Program-made: the position numbers and the translations under genes
From: Paraspadella gotoi
Taxonomy: Eukaryota > Animalia > Chaetognatha
DNA length: 64,000 nt
Direction: 5' to 3'
Assembly: GCA_051294375.1 (NCBI GenBank)
Contig: JBJCIZ010001674.1
Coordinates: forward strand, 1-64,000
The notes under the pieces: model-generated
Database searches by the model: none
What the model was told of the DNA's origin: nothing
What the model saw: only the letters and a program-made list of their open reading frames with translations
In this document: piece after piece, positions 35,175 through 47,501 of the stretch
Layout of the letters: each line of letters begins with the position of its first letter
How positions within the stretch are numbered: position 1 is the first letter of the stretch

Positions 35175-38100
35175 TTTATTGACAAGCATTCTTGCTACTT
35201 ATGTTGGTGACGAGAATGACTGCTTCAGGAATGCGCCTACAAGTGGATTGCATCATCGATACTGAGCTGACATCAGCATCATCCCAGAGATGAAGTTGGT
35301 CAGGGATGCCAAAAGTTTGTTGGAGGAAGACTTGATGTCGCCTATTGATGTTGCAGGCTTCTCGGGCACTTGAAAGAAAACATATCACAAAGAAAGTCAA
35401 AGCAAATCTACATTTTTTCGCGTGGAAAAACCTTTCTGGGAACTTTTCATCTGGCTCCCATAAGTTCAACTTATTGATTCTTGCGGCAGCAACGTCTTCA
35501 ATGATCAGAGGATCCTAACTCCTTCAACAAGAGAATTGAGGTACTTTGTTGGAGATATTAATTTACCATGTGAAGAGATCAAACTTATGATTGCAAGTCA
35601 TGAACATGACAGTGAGAGTGGAAATGGGCACTAAAGGCATATCGTCAAATTGCTTGGAGATTCAGGCGTTTCAAACACTTATGCGTGTACCAGGAAACAA
35701 CACATTCATCCAAGAAGCATCACATGGTGGAAGTTACTAAGGACCGGAAATCAACAGGGAAAGCATTCATTTTTGTCGTCTATGCTGAGCCTACTGACAA
35801 AATGATGCATTCGGTTATCAGTTTGTGGAAATTCAATCAAGACTTACAAAACATCATGAAAACAAAAGAAGAATTGTTCAGGGTAGAAATGAAAAATTTT
35901 GGGTGAGGTGGTTCGAACATGAAGGAAAAAGAGCCGTTGGATTCAGAGTCTTACTGTATTTCACATAGTCTCTGGTGAGGATTTGGCTGACCTTCAGAGG
36001 AAACCTCTGTTTTCTATGTCAATGAAAAAATCAATCTGTTCCATTTTCTTCCATACATGCTAACTAACATGCATAATCGTGGAGTCAATTTGTATCTTAT
36101 TCAAGCAAGGGCAAATCTCGTGAAAGATGAATTTCTTGAAGATTGATGTTGATGTTGAGAAAGAGGGACAAAAAGGAGCAACTATGCACCAATTGGCGAG
36201 GGACAAAAAGCATTCTGAAGCAGTTCAAAATTATGGAAAATTATTCAAACCTGAACTTTCACTGGTACGAGTGAGAATGAATCCAATCAAACTCAAATCT
36301 TTCAACAGACATTCCCATAGGACAAAGTGATAAAACACTCTTACGCCAAAGACCCCTTATCAAGCAGAACAGATTGACAAGGCTTCTCAAACATAGGAGT
36401 CATTACTGAGATGACAAATTCAGATGATTAGTTTGGTTGTCAAACATTCACATAATTCTGGAGAGCAGATATGTTGCTACAGAGAGAGAAGGTCACCAAG
36501 AGCAGAATGGTGTTGATTTACAGAAAAAATGAATCAAGCTCTGATGCACTCATTCACTTCCCCACTTACCTGAAATGGTAAAGAGGTCAGGCAGGGAAAT
36601 TGCCATGTGATACAACAGTTTTCTACCAACTTGATCTGCGGATTCTATCACTCAACTGTTGATAGATGAAGAATTCATCTAAAAAGTTCACTGGGGATTT
36701 TTTTGTTTCTGTAAAGTTCTTTCAGATACCTCAGATGTCCATGGCGGATCAGTGTTGTCCTGGGTATCGCTCAACAATGGCGTGCGAGACATGTTTTTGA
36801 CATTTTCACAAAAGCATCAAAGCCCTTCATTGATGACGAAAAAAATCCCTCTGACGTACATTTTTCCCATTCATCGGCTAAATCTGTTGGACCGGGACGG
36901 AGAGCTATCCTCTAGCGGCGTGACGGCGCCGCAAAAAGCGTTGGAGAGAAGCGTTGACGAAGCAAGAGAAAAACTTCAGAATGACATTTTGCCCATTGAT
37001 GTGAACACGTTCCTTCAAACGCCGGAAAACGCGAAAATCGAGAGATATCACATCGCATCTAAAGATTGGAGAGATCTAGTCATGAAGAGCGAACTACATT
37101 TTTCCCTGTTTCTCCGCAGAAAAAATTCAAAGGAATGTGGATCAGATGCGTGCGGAAATTTTCCAAAATAGCAACGAATTCATTCAAGTGCCATTTCTCT
37201 AGTCTCTGGAGAATCAGAGTATTCCCTGGAGGATTCATTCTTCATTGTCGTTTCAAGCCATCCGCGAGAGTGCCCTAATCAAAAATTTTGGTAGATAACC
37301 CAGATGAGAACGACTGGCACCGCGCATGCGCACAAGCCCAGCTCTAGCGGAGCGCCCTCTTTAGCCCTTTTGGTCTGCATCGCCGGATCTGCTTCTGCAA
37401 ATGCGGGGCGCCTGTTGAAGGGCAATTCATCTTATTTTTCGCCGCAGACACAGATATCGTCAACGTGGATTATTAACTTTAGTATTCTTATTCTCTACTA
37501 AAGGAACTTTATTGTATTTCGTTACAATTGCTTCTAATTCGAGATTTTTGTATTTTTATATTGAATAGATAGACAAATCGTTTTAAGATTGTTTAATAGA
37601 AGCATATTACTCAAAATATTATTTATAAAACAATACAGCTTAATACCAGAAACGCAAAAGAATGGATTATCAAGTGGCTTTGTCTCGTCTTGGCTTCTTT
37701 CGTACTTTTATCTGGATTGACCAAGTCAGAGAGGAGGCTGCCCTCAGAAAAACGCGACGGCAGAGAAAACGAGAGAGGGAACTGGATCACTCTTACAATC
37801 TTACCTTCAAGGAAACGTAAACATAAACTCTTAATAGAAATATTTGTTTAGAATTACTTTGTTTATTGCCTGCGATTTTAACTCTGCATAATCTACATAT
37901 TTTGTATCGTTATATTATCATCCATCCCAAAGTGTTCTTAATGTTCATAAACTCTCCTATCTCGTCTTCTCCCTTAATAAAACCACGCCTACTTCCTTCT
38001 TTATTGTGGTGACAAGGACTGGATTAAGACTGCCACTTACGCCTTCCTTAAAGAAGACCACTAAAGTCTACCAAAATTACGCTACCGCGATCTACTCAAC

Positions 38101-41100
38101 AAAAAAAAAAAGAAAAAGCACCGCTAAACCCCTAACCAAAAAAAGAGATTACGTCAGGTCAGTCGCTACATAAACCTCCGCGAATTGAACATACTCAAAA
38201 AAATATATGTCGCAATCTTTTAAGCTTTGCATTGCGTCATTTATATATAAAATAAATTTAAAAAAAAAATAAAATAAAAAAAAATAAAAAAGATTTACGC
38301 AACAAAAAGCGAAGCACAAAAAACATATTAAACGAATAAAATCAAGACTGAAAAATTTTAAGAATAACATACCGCATTTGTGCGAATTTAGGAAGTGCGT
38401 TTAAAATGTAGCCTGAGTGCAAAAAAAAAAAAAAGAAAAGAAGAAAACCTCAATCTCTCAAAAAAAGAGAATATCTCCAGGAAAATAAAAATTTTAGCTA
38501 AAAAAAAAACAAAAAAAAAAATTTCTTCAACATTTAATGCTCATATAGAAGCAATTCTAATATTCCCAGACTAGTAAAATTAGAAGTTTAAATTCCAACG
38601 GCCCGCCTGCCCGCCTGTAAAAAAAAAATGAACGCCAAAACTTAACAAAAGATAGCCTACCGGACTTTCCGCAATGACCATGTGTTATTTTCTCTCTGAG
38701 CCGGTCTCCACGTGACCCAGCATTGCCCTGCAAACACAAAAAGACAAACTCGATGCGCTTCACCTGTTAATGGCTATTCAAAATAAAAAGTAAGCCCACG
38801 CCGAAGTCGCAACAAACAACAACAACCAAAACCTCCCTCTGTCTCTATCTCTCTCCCTTTGAAATCCCAGCAAGAAATGCTCTCTACACATAAAAAACCG
38901 GTACCAAACAAAGAACCTGCACGGGCCAAACAAATGGCCCAATCCGGACCAAATGAAAGTCAATTTGAAATGCAAGCTTCTTAAGCTCATTTCTCACGCA
39001 GCACCACCCCTACTCTATTCCCCGCGCTCAATAAGTCGAATGAAGATGAAATAATTTTTAAGAAATGCGATCTCTACTATATAGTAGCTTTTTCACGCCC
39101 ACTTAACGAAGTTCGATAGACCGCACATTGGAGTAAGTAAAAACTTATTTCAAAATAACCTTACTCATGAGGCGCCGTCTTTCAATTTAGAAGCCCCGCA
39201 AAGCCACTCCTCCTATATCTTCAAAGAAAATCACAAACCAAACGCTTGGCAAATGGATATTGTACCCCATTCACATATAAGACGAAGCTCCTCAACTGTG
39301 AAACATGTTATTTGATCAGGCAGAAAAAAAACTATGATTTGTACAATTAAGGTGCTATGATATGAAATGGCATCATTTTAAAGCTGAATTTGATCCGTTT
39401 ATCCCGAGAAAGAAAATAAACAGAAGAAAAAGGAAAAAAAGAAAGGGAAAGAGAAAAAGGATAGAAGAAAAGAAATAAAGAGGAAAAGACGTTTAGCAGG
39501 TGAATTATTCATGGCACAATTTAAAGTACTGCAAACCATTCAAAATCTTAAGGTACTGAGCGACAAAATAGATGTAAAAACGAATTAAAAACGTATGTAG
39601 AAAAGACCAACAGAGAGAAGAAAAAGAGCTCGAATCAACTAGCCACAAAACCGGAGAAGAACAAAAAACAGGCAAATACCACCTAAGAAACTTACCATAG
39701 AACCAGGTATTTGCCGAAATATTCTCTGGGCCAGCCTGAACTTTAGGAAATAAGAAAAAAGGCCCAGCAACTCTCCTGCCTACAAAACACTCAACTAAAC
39801 CAAAACCATAAGGGATTCAGAGAATACAAAACATGATGCCTTACAATCCAAAACACTTGCATCTGACAGATTTAACAACAAAACAGATATGACCCCCAAT
39901 ATTGTTATACCTAGCAGAACAAAAGATACAAACAGAAGTACACGTAAAGAACCATCAAAGCAAACAACATTTAAAAAAGACAGTTTTTTCAATCACAGAA
40001 ACTGTAAAAAAAAATGAAATTCTTCCTCCAAAGCAATACAGATGGCAACACAACTGAATTGACCCCACAAATAGCAATACAATGCAACACAAAACTGAGG
40101 AACCCCAAGCAAAAAGTCTACAGGTTCTACCTGACTTCTCCAATTGTTTAAAACTCTCTCAGATACCCTAAGATGAAATTTCTAATCTTTATCCAAACTT
40201 ACGCCAAGCTGGCCGTTGAACAATACACAAAAAATTTGAGAATAAATCAAAGCACAAGGAAAACTTTTACAAAAGAAAAGAAAGACTCGAACCAAAAGTC
40301 TTATATGATCAGCTATTTAATCATTCAAAATAACATAATGCGACCGTCCACAGCAACAACCAAAAGTTCTCTCCCCAGGTGTAAATTGACTTGAAACAAA
40401 AATTCAATTCCATAGAAGGACCAACCTGAGAAAACTTACTAACTGAAATGTCAAGCTTTGAAGAAATCTTAGAGGTAAACAAATCTCAAAATATAAGCAG
40501 CATAATCAGGAAAGGTTGAGAAAAAAAAGCACTAAGAAAACAAGCAGAATCCTATCAAATCATCCGCAAGAATGATGGGATCTTAAATCAAAACCACATC
40601 GAATCCACCAAAACCTAAAAATCAGAATACAACCAGCTAAACCATTGGCGAAAGCCTAGAAGGCACTACATGTTCTCTAAACAAATTAAACAGATGAATC
40701 CATTACACTACATGAGCCAGCTGGGTGATGGAGCCAATACCTCCATGGTGGACATCCAACCTTCTCCCCAAGCCTCTTCATCCACACCCTGAGGGAGGAC
40801 TTATGAGGCTCCGACAATGGGGCCAATAATATAGACCATAGGAGATGGTATGAATAGAAGACTTGGGTATAATAACACGCTCGACAGCAGTTCTCCAAGA
40901 TGACACGAGAAGGTCTCGCAAATGGAGAGGGGGGGGTGGACAACGCAGAAGAATGGTATATCAAGTGGCTTTGTCTCTCTTGACCTTCTTCTTCTTTTAT
41001 TCGTGAGTTGACCAATCAGGAGAAGGAGGTCTTCCCTCAGGAAGCGACGGCAGAGTAGTTAAAGCGAGAGAGGGAACTGGATCACTCTTCAACTTACTTC

Positions 41101-41284
41101 AAGAAACTAACATCAAAACCCTTATGGAATATTTGTTATATTGTTTATTGCCCTGCCATTTCTCTGCATAATCTACATATTTTGTATGTTAATTATTTCA
41201 TCATCCCAAAGTGTTCTATATGTCAATAAAACTCCTCCTATTTTTTCCCTTAATTAAACCACGCCTACTTCCTTCATTGATACA
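35175..41284 (+). mobile_element. Indel-rich second copy of the 47163-55300 Gypsy element, missing about 2.3 kb of RT/RH/IN at about 36838
   Basis: Reverse-complement match to 47163-55300. The junction at about 36838 joins sequence equivalent to about 53685 with about 51350. Confidence 0.85.
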
Positions 41285-42258
41285 ATGGATGAAATTTAAT
41301 GGCGAATTAATGAAGATTGATGGAAGCGAGCGCCTTTTGTTGTTTTGTTTTTTCTATTAAACGTGGGAGACGCGCACGGCCGTTTGTGCGGTCTTTGGCG
41401 TGGCTGTAGAACGAATGTATAGAATGGGTGACCACTTGTAATTTCACTGTATAATTTATTAATATATATTATTCAATCATTATTGTACTCACATAGTAGA
41501 CCTTCTCAAGTTTGTAGAATCCTTCAGAATCCTTCATTTTTGAACACTGGCGGACTACAGTGATTGAGAGCTGTAAGGGAGTAAGTGAGAAAATGGTCGA
41601 AACTATGCAATTAATTTATATGTGATATTAATCAAAAATAAAATTAATTTTGATTACATATATGTCATATTAATTCAATTTTTTGAGATTTCAGGTTCTT
41701 TGAATCACGGTTAGAGAAAGGCACCGATCACCCCTGACACCTGCGAAATTCTTAACGTCGCTTGAAAATGTTAAGATTCCCATGGAGTGTGAGAGGGGGA
41801 TCGCTGTATGTGTGAGAAAAAAAGTTTTTTTATGATTGTGATAACTGATCAATAATAAATATTGCGTATTTAAACCAATGTTCAAATCAAAAACGATCAA
41901 TAATGCAATAAAACTTATTTCACAAAAATTGTAAAAAGTTTTTTTCTGTTTTTTCCTTAAAAGAATTATGATATTTTATTCCGTATTGAATTATTGTTTA
42001 AAAATTATTGCATTTCGAATTCAACTTATTTGTGCATTTAGGAAAACTTATTCTACAAAATTGAATTCGTACCGGTTATGATTTTTGTATTGAATTTTTT
42101 GCTTACTATGATTATTTTCGTCTGCATAATGCATAATTTCATAATGATATGCGTGAATAAAATCACCCAACCATGTCATCAGCGGGCCATTGGTGCCGGA
42201 GGCAATTCATTCGCCTCCCAAACCCAAAGGTCCGGGGTTTCTAGCCCAGTGGTCGCCT

Positions 42259-42335
42259 AGCAGTTAAGAGGGACGGGTGCGCTTAACCCGCCTGTAACAT
42301 GGTGTTACAGCCTGATCCGAAGCTCAGGGACTGCT
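42259..42335 (+). ncRNA. Twister ribozyme, type P5 (5' LTR copy)
   Basis: Same motif as 46132-46207 with a minor change in the P1 loop. Confidence 0.8.
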
Positions 42336-42367
42336 TATATTGAAACGGTTCTGTCATTAACACATCA

Positions 42368-43951
42368 GGTTCCGCCATTACAAAGTTTGCATTTAGGAAA
42401 AAAAACGACTCTTTCCCACTATTGCTTTCATTTTGTTACTTACCAATGTTGATTAACTTGTGTGCCCACAACCACAAATTGGGCCCAACGAAGGATTGGT
42501 GTTAGAAACATCTTCACCCGTTTCTATTGCATAAAGAGTACCATTTTGTGCAACTTTTAGGAAAAAAAATTATGTCCATTTTTGTCCATTTTTACTTACG
42601 ACCTATGATTTTGATGCTTAAGGAAAGTTGAGAAAAATTTTTTACTTTGGAAATCCGTTCTTCCTTTATCTTTTTACCCCTGGGTAAATTTATTGCTTAA
42701 ATCATTTATTAGTTGCCCTATGAATTAATTTTTAAAGTTAACAAGTCAAAAAAGTTGCAGTTTCAGTCGTTTATCATTAAATTGTAACAAAAAATAAATC
42801 AAATTGGTTGAAATAACAGAAAATATAGGCATAATTAAATAAGCTTTAAACACCTACAAAAATTATCAAAAAACTTTTGACCGTTTAGCCACAAATAATT
42901 TAAAGACAACTTTTAATTTGTGACCTTTTTGTGACTTGCATTTATTTTTTGATAAAGAGAGTATTTTTTAACTCATTTATTAGTTTTTTAAAAGATTAAG
43001 GTACATACTGACGTTATTAAACAAAAAAAACCGCATTCTTTTAATCCCAATGGAAAAGCGTCAGTACTTTTTTTTTCTCAAATCGACAGATTTTTGCGGA
43101 AAATTTCCGCAAAAATTGGTCGATTTATTAAATTCTGCCTTAGGCAACCAAAAAATTTGAATAAAATCCTCCCATTTTACCCGTTAATTTCTTTTTTTAT
43201 AATGCATAAGAAATATTTTTATTTGGCTCAATGTAAATGTAGTGAGAGGAAAGACGGAAAGGGAGAACAAAAGAAAAGGAGGGTCGGGAGAGAATGAAAG
43301 AGGGGGGCAAATGGAAAAAAGCTAATGTCGAAAAAAAAATAGTGAGACAAATAAAAGGTAGGAAAAGAGCCGAAAAATGGAAAGAAAAAGAGGGGAAAAG
43401 AAAAGCCGGGAAAGAATGAAGAAGAGAAAAAGGTGAGGAAAGTGGAAAGAGTGGCAAAAAAAGTAGGGCCAAAAAAAAATGGTAATTGACGCGTGAGAAG
43501 TAGGAGGCAAAGATGGGAAAGAAAAATAACAAATAAAAGAGAAGAAAAAGAGATAAAGAAAAAAGAATCAGGAAAGGCTATGAGGGGAAAAAAATTGTCA
43601 TAGATAATGTGGCGTCCTCCTGAATAGGTTTTTGTGTAAGTCCAAAGACGTGAAGCATTCTTATGAGGAATTCAATCTTTTAAAAGTTATCTTACCATAA
43701 AAAATTAATCCATACTTATTTCTAAAATTAATGATATGATTGAACAATCATTGAAGAAATCATGTTCTTACCGTATTTTTAACTCATAGAAATTTACCTG
43801 GAAAGTACTTATGTCATAAGAAGAAGATAACTATAGCCTCCGTTTTTTAAATAACGAAAAGCTTCATTCAACCAATGAGATCAAGAAGATGCGTTAATTA
43901 TTTGAAGTTTCAGATTTCGTTGTCTAAAAGACACGGATTGTATGCGGAACC
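42368..43951. mobile_element. Non-autonomous TIR DNA transposon with 4-bp TSD (ATCA), inserted in the twister 5' LTR
   Basis: ATCA|GGTTCCGCCATTACAA...TTGTATGCGGAACC|ATCA. The empty site is visible in the 46 kb LTR copy. Confidence 0.85.
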
Positions 43952-45959
43952 ATCAATAATTACTGTCTCTTCATTGGTTCAGCCCGACTTCCCAAAAACA
44001 CAACAGCAACAACAACACTTTTCAGGCGACATTTGCTTCAACCTGGCAAAAGCACTTCTGCCATCAACACATTCAGGCAACATGCCTCAACTTGATTGAC
44101 GAACTTTACAACCAACAACAACAATTCATTAAGAGACACAACAGACTTCTCCCTACGGGAGGGGGATGATGGTGACTAAAATCCACCAAGCATTCATCAG
44201 CGGCCATTGGTGCCGGAGCAAATCATTCGCCTACCATCCCAAAGGCGGGTTCTAGCCCGTTGGTCGCCTAGCAGTTAAGAGGGACGGGGCGGCTTAAACC
44301 CGCCTGTTAAGCATGGTGTACAGCCTAGATCCGGAAGCTCAGAACTGCTTATATTGAACGTTCCTGTCATTAACACATAAAATTACAGTCTCTTCATGAC
44401 TTTTGTTTCTAAAAGTGGGGAAATCCCGTGTGGGAGGAATACAGTGTGGGAGGAATTCCGCATGGGAGGAATCCATGTGGGAGACACCCATGTGGGAGGA
44501 AATCAGTGTGGGAGGATCCCGTGAAGGGAGGAATACCGGGTGGAGGAATCCCGTGTGGGAGAAATCCCGTGTGGAAGGAATCTCACGTGGAGGAATCCGA
44601 GTGGGAGAATCCGCGTGGGAAGAATCCCATCTGAGAAGGAATCCGTTGTGGGAGGAAACACGCTTGGGAGGAATTCCCACGTGGGAGGAATTCTATGGGG
44701 AGGAATTCCATGGGGAGGAATCCCGTGTGGGAGAAATTCCTTGGGGAGGAATTCCGGTGGGAGGAATCCCATGGGGAAGGAATCCCAGCTCGAGGAACAT
44801 ATCGGCAGTTGTGGGAGGAATCCAGTGTGGGAGGAATCCAGTTGGGCAGGAATCTCTTTGGGATACCACCAGCCAGCCGTGCCATTATATAACCTTAAAA
44901 AGAGCATTGACTTACCATAAAAAGAAAGAGGTATGCAAGCATCTATTTTTTGTTAGATCGAAAAAATTGTTAGCTTTGTGAAATTTTTTAAGAGTGGTGT
45001 GAACTATAAATTGAGAAACTGCTTCATTTCAATATATTCGCGATTATCATTGTCCAAAGTACCAATTATTGCCTATCCTTTGTTAAATTTTATAGCTGTC
45101 AATTGGTTTGAAGTATTTTAATGTTTTTTAAACCCTGGAGTAATTTTATAGTATCATTCCGGAGAAAAGCGATGCCTTTTTATTCGCGTATATATTGGTT
45201 TAGTTTCGTTTAGATGCGATAGAATCACTTGCAAATCACGCATTAAAAACGGGTAAAATCTTTTTTCGCATCGAGTAAACAAAAGATTTCGAAATCTTCT
45301 TACCGTTTATTTAAATTTGCAAGTTTTTTTTTCAGGATTTCTTTTTTTATATTTTTTTCCTGTAATTTTTTTTAAACAGAATTAATTACTAATTACTAAG
45401 CTTTTATTAAGATAATCTTATACAAAAATAATCGGAAGGTTTATTTCTTACTAAACCTTTCAATTCAAAATTCAAGTCATTGCATGGTAAGAACGAAAGA
45501 ATAAGAGCTGAGGATGAAGCAGATGAGTTAGGGTGAAAATCAGAGAGAGAGAGAGCAGAGAAGAGAGAAAACAAGAAAGAGAGTCGCTTGTGTTGATGTT
45601 GGCCAACAAGAGTTAGCAATCTTTTTGCAGGTATAGTTGGCGTCCCAAACCAGAAGTCATCAGAATATTTCGGAGAATCTAAAATTTATGGTAAAAGACA
45701 GATTGAAATCAAAAAAGAAAAGGTAAAATCAAGTTAAATTCTGTCGCCCCAAGAAATTCTTTCAAGTAAGACTGTTCTTCATTTTTGTGCGGGTCATTAC
45801 GTGAACATATCCATGAATTTCAGTAACGAGTTGAAAGGTCTTTTCATCCTCTTGAATTCGCCTATGCGAACAAAAATTTGTTCAGGGAAAATTAAATAGA
45901 AACGAAGAAAAGATAAACTTAATTCGCGAATTGCCAACTCGGTAAACTTATAAAAACTA

Positions 45960-46314
45960 AGTTCGTCATCAAGTTGAGGCATGTTGCCTGATGTGTTGAT
46001 GGCAGAAAGTGCTTTGCCAGGTTGAAGCATGTCGCCTGAAAGTGTTGTTGTTGCTGTTGTGTTTGGAAGTCGGGCTCACCAATGAAGAGACAGTAATTAT
46101 TGATGTGTTAATGACAGAACCGTTCAATATAAGCAGTCCCTGAGCTTCGGATCAGGCTGTAACACCATGTTACAGGCGGGTTAAGCGCCCCGTCCCTCTT
46201 AACTGCTAGGCGACCACTGGGCTAGAACCCCGGACCTTTGGGTTGGGAGGCGAATGACTTGCCTCCGGCACCAATGGCCGCTGATGAATGGTTGGTGGAT
46301 TTTAGTCCACCATA
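45960..46314 (-). mobile_element. 5' half of the twister-LTR element (cleanest copy): LTR 46314-46083, PBS 46081-46069, first part of the internal region
   Basis: TGAC|TATGGTGGAC...CTCTTCA-T-TGGTGAGCCCGAC; the PBS matches 12/13 nt of the tRNA-Trp PBS TGGTGACCCCGAC. Confidence 0.9.
46132..46207 (-). ncRNA. Twister self-cleaving ribozyme, circularly permuted type P5; predicted cut between 46183 and 46182 (U^AA)
   Basis: AGCAGUU(P5)-AAGAGG(P2')-GA-CGGG-GCGCU-UAA-CCC(P2)-GC-CUGUAACA ugg UGUUACAG(P3)-CCUGA-UCCGAAGC-UCAGG(P4/L4)-GACUGCU(P5'). Both pseudoknots (UCCG/CGGG and GC/GC) can form. Confidence 0.85.
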
Positions 46315-47162
46315 GTCATATGAATTATGCATTATGCAGACGAAAATAATCATAGTAAGCAAAACAATTCAATACAAAAATCATAACCGACGAATTCAAT
46401 TTTTAGAATAAGTTTTCTAAATGCACAAATAAGTTGAATTCGAAATGCAATAATTTTTAAACAATAATTCAATACGGAAATAAAATATCATAATTCTTTT
46501 AAGGAAAAAAACGAAAAAAAACTTTTACAAATTTTTGTGAAATAAGTTTATTGATTATTGATCGTTTTTGATTTGAACATTGGTTAAATACGCAATATTT
46601 ATTATTGATCAGTTATCACAATAAAAAAACTTTTTTCTCACACATACAGCGATCCCCCTCTCACACTCCATGGGAATCTTAACATTTTCAAGCGACGTTA
46701 AGAATTTCGCAGGTGTCAGGGTGATCGGTGCCTTTCTCTTAACCGTGATTCAAAGAACCTGAATCTCAAAAGATTTGATTAATATGACATATATGTAATC
46801 AAAATTAATTTATTTTTGATTAATATCACATATAATTAATTGCATAGTTTCGACCATTTTCTCATTACTCCCTTACAGCTCTCATCACTGTAGTCCGCCA
46901 GTGCTTCAAAAAGAAGGATTCTGAAGGATTCTACAAACTTGAGAAGGTCTACTATGTGAGTACAATAATGATTGAATAATATATATTAATAAATTATACA
47001 GTGAAATTTACAAGTGGTCACCCATTCTATAATTCGTTCTACAGCCACGCCAAAGACCCGGCACAAACGCCGTGCGCGTCTCCCACGTTTATAGAAAAAA
47101 AAAACAACAAAAGGCGCTCGCTTCCATCAATCTTCATTAATTCGCCATTAAATTTCATCCAT

Positions 47163-47501
47163 TGTATCAATGAAGGAAGTAGGCGTGGTTTATTAAGGGA
47201 AAAATAGGAGGAGTTTTATTGACATAAGAACACTTTGGATGCTGATAATTAACATACAAAAACTATGTAGATTATGCAGAGAAAGGCAGGCCAATAAACA
47301 ATATAACAAAATATTCCATAAGGAGTTTGATGTTAGTTTCTTGAAGTAACTTAGAAGAGTGATCCAGCTTCCCTCTCTCGCTTTCTCTGCACCGTCGGCT
47401 TTCCTGAGGAAGCCTCCTCTCTGATTGGTCAATCAGAATAAAAGACGAAAGAAGCCAAGAGAGACAAGCCCACTTGATAATCCATTCTCTGCGTTGTCAC
47501 A
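47163..47501 (-). repeat. 3' LTR of the Gypsy element (339 bp)
   Basis: TGTGACAA...TTGATACA ends on minus, preceded by PPT GTGGGAAGGGGGG (47502-47514). Confidence 0.8.

Larger units (their letters stand above)
42148..44396 (+). mobile_element. Complete twister-LTR element (candidate LTR retrozyme): split 5' LTR 42148-43973, PBS 43975, internal region, PPT 44157-44168, 3' LTR 44169-44396
   Basis: LTR-PBS-195 bp-PPT-LTR layout without a meaningful ORF. Twister motifs at 42259-42335 and 44270-44349. Right flank TGAC matches the left flank TGAC seen in the cleaner copy at 46315-46318. Confidence 0.85.

Noticed and set aside
46278-46314. CTGATGA suggesting a hammerhead on the strand opposite the twister
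   Set aside because: No stem II followed by GAAA and no NUH site; G-U pairs favour the other strand.
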